Assembly (NCBI GenBank): GCA_009928665.1
Contig: SACF01000039.1
Coordinates: 1 to 24,000, forward strand
Direction of reading: 5' to 3'
Length of the DNA: 24,000 nt
From: Alphaproteobacteria bacterium
Lineage (GTDB): Bacteria; Bacteroidota; Bacteroidia; Bacteroidales; FEN-979
A program made the translations under genes and the position numbers. The notes under the pieces are model-generated. The model was not told the DNA's origin and did not search any database. It saw nothing but the letters and a program-made list of their open reading frames with translations. Each line of letters starts with the position of its first letter. Positions within the stretch are counted from its first letter, which is position 1. This document shows positions 16,597 through 24,000 of this stretch, in pieces.

Positions 16597-18033
16597 TCAC
16601 CCTTCGAGCATTTCCACTTTTTCGCGGAGGATTTCGAGGGTGAGCCGGATCGTTTTCAGGTGAGTCCGGAATGAAAGAATGGCGAGCCGCAGGGTGAACT
16701 TCCCGTCGAGGACGGTTGAGGAGATGAATACCCGCCCGTCTTTCACCACCTCTTCGGCCAGCCGTTTATTAAAATCATCGGGATCGCCGGTTTTGGGGAT
16801 CCAGCGGTAGGTCACAATCGACAAATCCGGTTCGCAACCGGTCTCAAAACCCAGCTTGCCGATTTCACGGTAGAAATATTTTGCCAGCAGCAGCTTTTCT
16901 TCAAGGGCTGCCACGAAAGGCTTTGTCCCGAGAAGCTTCAGCGGCAGCCAGAACCGTAGTCCCCTGAAATGCTTGGTGAGTTCGGGTGAAAGGTCGGAGG
17001 GAGAGATCTCCTCTCCTTCACCCTGGGCGTCCTGAAGATAGGGAGCCAGGTAATAGTGCGAATTTCTCAGGCTGGCCATCTCTTTCACGATGACGGCGCC
17101 CAGTCCGTAAGGCAGGAACATTCCCTTGTGCGGATCGATGCACACGGAATCGGCCTTTTCGATGCCGGCAAATTTCATTTTTCCTTCTGATGTCAGGATG
17201 AAGAAACCGCCGTAAGCGGCATCTACATGAAGCCACAATCCTTTCGCAGCGACAATTTTACCGATCCTTTCCAGCGGATCGACGGCGCCCGTGTCGGTAG
17301 TCCCCGCCGAGGCAACGATCAGGAAGGGATTCAGCCCATGTTCTTTATCACTTCGGATGGCCGATTCCAGCTCGCCGGCATTTATCCTGTATGCCTGATC
17401 CAGCGGGACGTAACGCAGGATGCATTCATTCAGTCCGGCAATGCGGATCGCCTTCTGAACCGAATGATGCGTTTGCTGCGAAAGATAGATTACCGATTTT
17501 GTGATGTTTTTCGAGCCAATCCCTTTCGCATCCCTGGCAGTCACGATGGCGATGAGGTTCGCGATGCTGCCTCCCGAGGTGAGATTTCCCGCGGCGGTTT
17601 TTGGAAAACCCAGGATCCCCGCCAGCCAGGAGATCAGCATGTTTTCCATGCGCACAGCCCCGGGTGAGCCGAAGAACAAAGCCGCCAGGCGATTTGTCAC
17701 ATCGGCCAGGTAATCGCCCAGGGCCGAATAATAGATCCCTCCCCCGGGGATGAAGCCCAGGTAACCGCCCGATGCCGGGTTCAACCCGTGAGAATCCACA
17801 TTCGACCTCAACAGGTCCAGCGCCTGATCTATTGCAAGTGGTTCCTCTGAGATCGGGGAATCCAGCAATCCGATCCCTTTGCCGGCGGTGAAATCATAAG
17901 CCTTTAAGGTTTCTATGCGGTTTAAAAAATCTTCGCCGTATGCAATGACTTTATCCCGGGTTTTTTTTCGTTGGCCTGCCGAAGGTTCCAGTGCGCGTGC
18001 GGCTTTTTCGAGCTGTTGCAGTCTCCGTATCAT
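16597..18033 (-). CDS. Group II PLP-dependent decarboxylase (aromatic-L-amino-acid/glutamate decarboxylase family)
   Basis: 'GNLTSGGSIANLIAIVTARD', 'ASAGTTDTGAVDPLERIG', 'LHVDAAYGGF', 'DSVCIDPHKGMFLPYGLGAVIVKE' (PLP-Lys in DPHK); ORF could start at 18084 but MIRRLQQLEKAA at 18033 looks better. Confidence 0.92.
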   Translation of the reverse strand: MIRRLQQLEKAARALEPSAGQRKKTRDKVIAYGEDFLNRIETLKAYDFTAGKGIGLLDSPISEEPLAIDQALDLLRSNVDSHGLNPASGGYLGFIPGGGIYYSALGDYLADVTNRLAALFFGSPGAVRMENMLISWLAGILGFPKTAAGNLTSGGSIANLIAIVTARDAKGIGSKNITKSVIYLSQQTHHSVQKAIRIAGLNECILRYVPLDQAYRINAGELESAIRSDKEHGLNPFLIVASAGTTDTGAVDPLERIGKIVAAKGLWLHVDAAYGGFFILTSEGKMKFAGIEKADSVCIDPHKGMFLPYGLGAVIVKEMASLRNSHYYLAPYLQDAQGEGEEISPSDLSPELTKHFRGLRFWLPLKLLGTKPFVAALEEKLLLAKYFYREIGKLGFETGCEPDLSIVTYRWIPKTGDPDDFNKRLAEEVVKDGRVFISSTVLDGKFTLRLAILSFRTHLKTIRLTLEILREKVEMLEG

Positions 18034-18134
18034 AGTTTGCCGATTGATCACGGCAAAGGTAGTGAAACGCGGGATGTGCCGCATACTCTTTCATGGCCGG
18101 TAACCGGGGAAAAACCAAATCCGGTATACGCCTG

Positions 18135-19259
18135 TCAGGGATCCCGTCTCAGCACGGCAGTCAGGCAACGGGGACCTGAGCCGTATCCTATAGTTTCAAC
18201 AGCCGGGATCGTAATGACTTTCATCCCTTTTCTGTCGTAAGCATCAATGATTCGTGTCAGGTGCTCAGGAACTACGATCGTGGTCTCGTTTATGCTCAGA
18301 TTATTTGCCCCGGCGGTCTCGTCGAGTTTCGTTTCAATCTTATCCCACGATTTCAACGGTTCAGGAAGGGGATCCAGCAAGGCTTCAGGACAATAGGTCA
18401 TCAATCCCGGCCGGTTCAGCGATAGCAACCAGTCGAGGTGGAAAAGGTCGGGTTTAAGTCGGATCACGTGAACCCGGTATTCGTTACCAAGGAGTTGTTT
18501 GAGCCAGACCACACCTTTGGGACTTGTTGCATTCCCCGACATCCCCACATACACATTGTGGCCGTCGACCATAATATCTCCATTCTCAAGGAAAAGGTCG
18601 TCACGGGTATAGTGGGGCGATGGTGGAGGAGTAGCGAAATAGGGATTGTCGGTACCCTCGAGCAGCGGCTCCAAAACCCGCCTGATCGTCCAGATGTTGC
18701 TCCGCCGGAAGGGAAGATGAAATGAATTGAGCAGAATCACATTGGTTCCAAGTACCCTGAAAAAATCGGCGCCGCCAATGGTATAACTTCCCTTCTGAAC
18801 ATCTTTCAGGTAGTTGATCTCTTCCTTATAATCCTGGGGAATGGGTTTGGTGCGGTGAACCACCACCCCGTGATCGGTAAGAACTTTCTCCAGCCTGTCG
18901 ATGGTGATTATCATATTTTTCGCCTCTGCAGGAAATGCTTCCAGGGTCTTGATCCCGGCGCTCTCTCTTAATGCCTTTTTCCCTTCCTCCGATACCCAGA
19001 TCAGGGCATCGACATACCCGGGATCTATCATTCCTTCAACATTTCCGAGGACGACTTCACGCAGCGTTCCCCATTCGTTCCATGCCCCGATGATTCTTTT
19101 AGGATCGGGTGCGTTTCCCAAGTCGCCACTGGATGAAATCACACTTTTTCCCGGTGCATTTACCAGGTTATTTGAAAACACATCACCACCGACGACAGCC
19201 CCGCCAATGGTCAGTCCGATAGCTTTGAGAGCATTTCGGCGAGAAATTTTCTCTTTCAT
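18135..19259 (-). CDS. Exported amidinotransferase/arginine-deiminase-superfamily enzyme
   Basis: Tat-like signal 'SRRNALKAIGLTIGGAVVGG'; 'GAWNEWGTLREVVLG', 'DLFLENGDIMV', 'LFHLDWLLSL', C-terminal 'GYGSGPRCLTAVLRR' (candidate catalytic Cys codon at 18165-18167). Confidence 0.85.
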   Translation of the reverse strand: MKEKISRRNALKAIGLTIGGAVVGGDVFSNNLVNAPGKSVISSSGDLGNAPDPKRIIGAWNEWGTLREVVLGNVEGMIDPGYVDALIWVSEEGKKALRESAGIKTLEAFPAEAKNMIITIDRLEKVLTDHGVVVHRTKPIPQDYKEEINYLKDVQKGSYTIGGADFFRVLGTNVILLNSFHLPFRRSNIWTIRRVLEPLLEGTDNPYFATPPPSPHYTRDDLFLENGDIMVDGHNVYVGMSGNATSPKGVVWLKQLLGNEYRVHVIRLKPDLFHLDWLLSLNRPGLMTYCPEALLDPLPEPLKSWDKIETKLDETAGANNLSINETTIVVPEHLTRIIDAYDRKGMKVITIPAVETIGYGSGPRCLTAVLRRDP

Positions 19260-19737
19260 AAGTCAAAGTTGGTTTTTAGGATCTGATGGATTGGTTTGTA
19301 AATGATTATCTGATAAAGAAGAATGATCTGTAAGCAAAATCACAAAAAGGCATCTTTCGCAGGCTGATTGCGGGATTCAGAATAATTCATGCCCCAATAC
19401 AGCCCGATTAACCATCCATCTACGAAATTAATATATTTTATTATATCGATTTTATGTGCAACGACCCTCCGAAAAAAAATTGTAAATAATCTGATTTCCG
19501 GGGATTCATATTAACGAAAACCGGTTGGTGTGTTACGGTTGATACCACACGAAGAAAAGTACTACTGAGAGGCAACGTAAAACAGGTTTATGGTTACAGT
19601 TACTAATTAAACCGTAACACCTACGAGTTTATCCTTGAATCTCGTATTTAAAAAAAATAAATTTGTTGCTAATGTTCGCCAGCCTAACTGTATATGAGAA
19701 GCTGATTGCATATCTGAAACTGTTCTAAACCAACTAA

Positions 19738-20811
19738 CCTTCTTCGAACACGGAATCCTGCCGTAAGCATCAAGACAACAGGAATAATCATGCAATATTT
19801 TATTTTTCCGCTACTGATAATCCATCGCTCACTTGCATTCAGGTAGATGATCCTGTATGGTCAACGAGCAACTGGCCGTTGATTGATAACACTGCACACT
19901 TTTCAAGCGACTGCAACTTAACGGATTCTGACGGGGATGGCATTCCGGATAACATGGATGATTACCCAATGGATCCTTTACGGGCGTTCAACAATCTGTT
20001 TCCTGCCGCTGGCTATGGCAGCCTGGCATTCGAAGATTTGTGGCCGGGAATGGGGGACTACGATTTCAATGACGTGGTGGTGGACTACCGGTTTCTGACC
20101 GTGACTGACGCGTCGAATTATGTTGTTGATGTTGATCTGACGTTCGTGATAAAGGCAAGCGGGGCATATTATCATAACGGTTTCGGGTTTAACCTTCCCG
20201 ATGCATCTGCTTTGTTTCTTTCCAGGATCAACGCTTTGAATGTTACGGGGCAAGAAATTAAGGAGAATTACATCTCCTTGAAATCAAACGGTTTTGAGAA
20301 TGGTCAGTCGAAACCCACCGTCATTGTTTTTGATGATGTTTTTAATTCCCTGCCTCATGCGGGATCAGGGCTGGGGGTGAACACCGAGATGACGGCACCG
20401 TTTGTCCCCTACGACACCATTGTGGTTCATATCTCAACCGGAACAGAAAAACTTCTGGAATCAGATTTTGCCCTTTCAACATGGAATCCCTTCATTATGG
20501 TTGATCAACAACGGGGCATCGAGGTTCATCTTGCCGACCGGCCGCCAACCGATCTTGCGAATGCTGCACTGCTGGGCACCATGGATGATGATTCAAAACC
20601 TTCAACAGGGAAATTCTACAAGACCAAAAACAACCTTCCATGGGCAATTGAAATTGTCAGTGCGTTTGAGTGGCCGGTTGAGAAGGTGAAAATAACGGAT
20701 GCATATCTGCACTTCCTTGATTGGGCAGTGAGCGCCGGTTCTGCATATGGCGACTGGTATCTTGACCATTCGGGTTACCGCGACAGATCAAAAATTTACG
20801 ACAAGCATTAA
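19738..20811 (+). pseudogene. 5'-truncated surface protein with LruC domain
   Basis: In-frame upstream sequence reads 'YFSATDNPSLTCIQVDDPVWSTSNWPLIDNTAHFSSDCNLTDSDGDGIPDNMDDYPMDP...', an interior linker of Bacteroidota surface proteins; LruC core 'FEDLWPGMGDYDFNDVVVDYRF...' intact; open to a stop just before 19738 without ATG or signal peptide. Confidence 0.7.
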
Positions 20812-20924
20812 TCGTTGGGTTTGCCGGTTCCTGTTCAAAAATGCAGGTATTCAAAATACTTCGGCAAATTGAGTTTTCGCAAAATCACAAAGGTTCTGTA
20901 AACGATCCCTGATCCGCGGACTTC

Positions 20925-22850
20925 TCACCGCAGCCGGATCAGCTTCGTGCAGTAAACATTCCCGCCGGTTTTCAGCAGGCAGACATAGATCCCGGCAGGC
21001 CACTCCGACGGGGTGATCACACACGACCGGCAGGCAAGATCTGCTGCGGTCAGCGCCCGCCAATAGACCGGTTTTCCCGTCATGTCGCGCACTTCAAGGG
21101 TTGCAGCCTGCATCCCGGGTATGCTGAATGAAACGGTGACCGCTCCGTCCGAAGGATTCGGAAAGAGGCTGAGGACCACCGGCTTCCGGGCTTCATTGCC
21201 GGCGGAAAGGAGGTTGCAGTTCATGGCGGTTTCGAGGATCTCGTCCCGCCCCTGCCGGATACCCGCAATGGTTGGCCATACTTCGATGTCGGGCACGATC
21301 CCCACCCGCTGGGTTGGCGTGTAGTCGGGGTAAAAGGTGCCCAGCCCCGTGAAGTTCGCCGAGAGGTTGCCGGGCAGGGAGATGACCGACACATTGCCGT
21401 CGGCGGCTTTGGTCTGGTTCCCGATCTTGATCGCGCCGGGATGCTGCTCGAGCCCCATCACGGTGTACTCCGCCTGGCTGATGGTGCGGATATCAAACAG
21501 GATGATCAATTGCCCCTGGTATACTTCCGGAGAATAGCTCCCCACATTTACATTCTTCCAGAACAACACGCCGGGATAATCGATGTCGGGGGTGGTGAAC
21601 GCCGCAATCTGAAAAGGCTGTGGGAACAGGTAGTTGACCAGGTACCATAAGGTTCCCTGGGGATAATTCCGGATGTCGAAGATGATGGCATCGGTCTCCC
21701 ACAGATCGTTCATCATCGCGCCGGTCTGGCTCGTGGTGAGGCGCCCCATATCCACATAACCGAATGTGCAGCCGCCTGCCGCCACGGTATCGTACCACAC
21801 CGGCGTGGTATTCTGTTCGAAAACAGAGAACTGGCTGGCCGACCAGTCGCGCTGAAGCACAGCCGGGTGGATTCCTGCCTGATTTTCGACGGTAACGGGA
21901 AACGACCCATACGGGCCCCGCAGGATGTCGTCAAGCACATAGGAGGCTACCGCCGGCGGATTCGACCCATGGGTGAAGGCTTCGAGGCTGTCGTGCAGAA
22001 TGCCGATATCGACGCCGTCGATGGTGCGGATGATATCGCCCGGCGCGATGACGTTCACCGAGGACGATACTTTGGTGACCACCGTCTCTCCTTCGACCAT
22101 CGCGATTGAAAACCGCGGGTAATAGCTCCCCAGGATGGAATTTACGACCCCGCCGTTGAGGAAGGCATGCGAATCGTCGATGCGCTTGGCCAACAGCATC
22201 ACGGCCTTGTCGTAGGCCACCGCGTTCTGTGCCCCGAGGAAGAGCGGGATAACCTCGGCAAGTGTGGTGTCCCACGGCTGATCCATGATGTTTTTATAGG
22301 GGAAGAAGTAGTTCAGGATGTTCCAGTAGCGGAAAAGCGAGAGGATGCGCAGTGGCTCCGTCGGGAACTGGCCCGAGCCGCTGTTGTAGAGGATGTCGTT
22401 GTCGAAGGTGGGATTCCCGTTTACGAAGGCTTCACCCACGAGGCAGTGCGGCCGAGGCCTGAATCGCACGCGGATGGTGTCGAGCGCACCCCTGACCTGC
22501 TGCGTGAAGACCGGGTCCTGGAACCACGACAGGTCAAGGTTGTACATCAGGCTGTCGGGCACGACGGGCATCGGCACGGTGGGGAGCGCGGGGGGGCCCG
22601 GACTGTTGATCAGTGTGAGCAACGCCTGGTTGAACGCGTCGGTGGTGGTCGCGGCTTCGATCTGCGGAAGCGCCTGCAGCAGGGCACTGTCAAGGTTGAC
22701 CGTGCAGTTTGCCGTTTCGGAATGAAAATACTTGACAAACCCCCACACCTTGCAGGTATAGAAAAGCCGTCCGGGATAATCCGGCAGTGACTGTCCGCAT
22801 ACGGTTGCGGCAACCGCCATGCTGAACAACAAGAGGATAATGCGTTTCAT
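20925..22850 (-). CDS. S41-family peptidase with T9SS C-terminal sorting domain
   Basis: Signal peptide; 'RYWNILNYFFPYKNIMDQPWD'; PDZ-like 'VIAPGDIIRTIDGV'; 'GCTFGYVDMGRL'; 'ISQAEYTVMGLEQHPGAIKIGNQT'; CTD 'SLFPNPSDGAVTVSF...PAGIYVCLLKTGG'. Confidence 0.9.
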   Translation of the reverse strand: MKRIILLLFSMAVAATVCGQSLPDYPGRLFYTCKVWGFVKYFHSETANCTVNLDSALLQALPQIEAATTTDAFNQALLTLINSPGPPALPTVPMPVVPDSLMYNLDLSWFQDPVFTQQVRGALDTIRVRFRPRPHCLVGEAFVNGNPTFDNDILYNSGSGQFPTEPLRILSLFRYWNILNYFFPYKNIMDQPWDTTLAEVIPLFLGAQNAVAYDKAVMLLAKRIDDSHAFLNGGVVNSILGSYYPRFSIAMVEGETVVTKVSSSVNVIAPGDIIRTIDGVDIGILHDSLEAFTHGSNPPAVASYVLDDILRGPYGSFPVTVENQAGIHPAVLQRDWSASQFSVFEQNTTPVWYDTVAAGGCTFGYVDMGRLTTSQTGAMMNDLWETDAIIFDIRNYPQGTLWYLVNYLFPQPFQIAAFTTPDIDYPGVLFWKNVNVGSYSPEVYQGQLIILFDIRTISQAEYTVMGLEQHPGAIKIGNQTKAADGNVSVISLPGNLSANFTGLGTFYPDYTPTQRVGIVPDIEVWPTIAGIRQGRDEILETAMNCNLLSAGNEARKPVVLSLFPNPSDGAVTVSFSIPGMQAATLEVRDMTGKPVYWRALTAADLACRSCVITPSEWPAGIYVCLLKTGGNVYCTKLIRLR

Positions 22851-23136
22851 GAGATGTGCGTTTATAGCCCTGTACAGCGCCGTTCAGTTCCTGGGTGCCA
22901 GCCCCGTTAATGACTTCCATCGCCAAGACAAATTTACGATATAAACCGTCACTGTCAGGTAACGTTTCATGAAAACCCTTCATTACGTACCCGCAAACGA
23001 TTTCTTCGACAACATGCTGAGTGTTTTTAACCATCCCGGGAGCGTCCCCGGATAAAAGCAATCGACCGGGTTGCTCAAGTTTGCCCCCTGTTTTTCAGAA
23101 TAGCTGAGACCGCAATCAGCATTGATTTTTCAAAGC

Positions 23137-24000
23137 TTATTTTTGCTTGAGATTGAGTTTCCAGATACAATTGGTCCAGGTGCTGTCGGGTTCAGCATAT
23201 CTCAACATTGCAGGGAAATCAGGGGAAATACATAGTGAGGATATCTGCAATACGCCGCCCTTGATATACCTGGCGTCAGGATCCACGACGATCTGCTTTG
23301 AACCTCCACTGTATGTTGCATATTCAAGCTTCCTCAGCGTATTGTCAAGCGTTAAAATCACCAGGTCCATGCCGCCACTAATGGTTGAAAACAGTGCGTC
23401 TTTTGTTACCGGGAAGTCCCTGGATGAGGATGTGCCGACCAAAACGTATTTCTGGTTTTCTGTTTTTGAAACATAGTTCATCCAATCGGTCCTTGATCCG
23501 CCTATAAATGAAGAATATTCAGGTTTGTTCGTTTTCAGATTGAATTTCATGATAAAACCATCCGACTTTCCGCCCAGGTACCTTTTATTTAATGCATTGG
23601 CCGTGACCGGGAAATCAGGTGACTTTGTCTGTCCGGCGAGAATACATTGATCGGCATTCTCCACAAAGACAGAATTGACCTGGTCGGTTGAATCTCCCCC
23701 GATAAACGTTGAATATTCAATCCCTGACAGGTTCTTGCTGACGATGGTGAAAAAACCATCCTGCGTTCCGGCCATGCTTTTTTGATACGCATTTTTCGTC
23801 ACCGGAAAATTGGCAGAATAAGTTTGACCGGTAAGTATGATTTTCCCCTTCATACCGAAAGAAACGGATCTCACATGGTCGATGGATTTTCCGCCCAGAT
23901 AGGTAGAATACAGAATTTTATCAAGATCCGGAGATAAAGCGGTAATGGTTATATCCCCGACATCAAAGCGGTGGAGGCTATCAGGCGGTGATGAATTATC
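23137..24000 (-). CDS. SBBP-repeat beta-propeller protein (N-terminus beyond window)
   Basis: Repeats such as 'LAGQTKSPDFPVTANALNKRYLGGKSDGFIMKFN...PEYSSFIGGSRTD'; the frame stays open from 23874 to 24000 with 'KILYSTYLGGKSIDHVRSVSF'. Confidence 0.85.
   Translation of the reverse strand, partial: DNSSPPDSLHRFDVGDITITALSPDLDKILYSTYLGGKSIDHVRSVSFGMKGKIILTGQTYSANFPVTKNAYQKSMAGTQDGFFTIVSKNLSGIEYSTFIGGDSTDQVNSVFVENADQCILAGQTKSPDFPVTANALNKRYLGGKSDGFIMKFNLKTNKPEYSSFIGGSRTDWMNYVSKTENQKYVLVGTSSSRDFPVTKDALFSTISGGMDLVILTLDNTLRKLEYATYSGGSKQIVVDPDARYIKGGVLQISSLCISPDFPAMLRYAEPDSTWTNCIWKLNLKQK

Noticed and set aside
19607-19795. 62-aa minus-strand ORF in the intergenic region before the LruC fragment
   Set aside because: No recognisable domain or coding character; it overlaps the plus-strand remnant frame.
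1-24000. tRNA, rRNA, CRISPR array, transposase/integrase or phage genes
   Set aside because: None recognised by eye on either strand; no repeat-spacer pattern and no mobile-element protein signatures in the ORF track.

Overview
This looks like a Bacteroidota/Bacteroidales-type chromosomal window, judging from type IX secretion sorting domains, an LruC domain, TAnnTTTG-like promoters and many outer-membrane beta-barrels. The standout locus, about 2.1-5.3 kb, is a compact mercury-methylation (hgcAB) cluster. Its genes are a divergent CDF-family metal transporter with an HMA-like N-terminus, an ArsR-family regulator, HgcA (corrinoid protein with the NVWCAAGK cap-helix motif and a C-terminal membrane domain), HgcB (2x[4Fe-4S] ferredoxin with CMECGA and a terminal CC), and a flavin reductase-like protein. 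A TATCG-N8-CGATA inverted repeat in the arsR/CDF intergenic region overlaps a Bacteroidota -7 element, suggesting metal- or arsenic-responsive control. Other genes include an AraC regulator, a 4,5-DOPA-dioxygenase-like enzyme, a CrtI-like FAD oxidoreductase, a Ser-type arylsulfatase lipoprotein, an exported amidinotransferase-family enzyme next to a PLP decarboxylase, an S41 peptidase with a T9SS tail, and an SBBP-repeat protein. Several gene remnants are visible: an internally shortened DUF6064-like gene, an alpha/beta-hydrolase C-terminal scrap, a 5'-truncated NHL/T9SS gene and a 5'-truncated LruC gene. No rRNA, tRNA, CRISPR array or transposase was recognised. All family calls are by eye; no searches were run.
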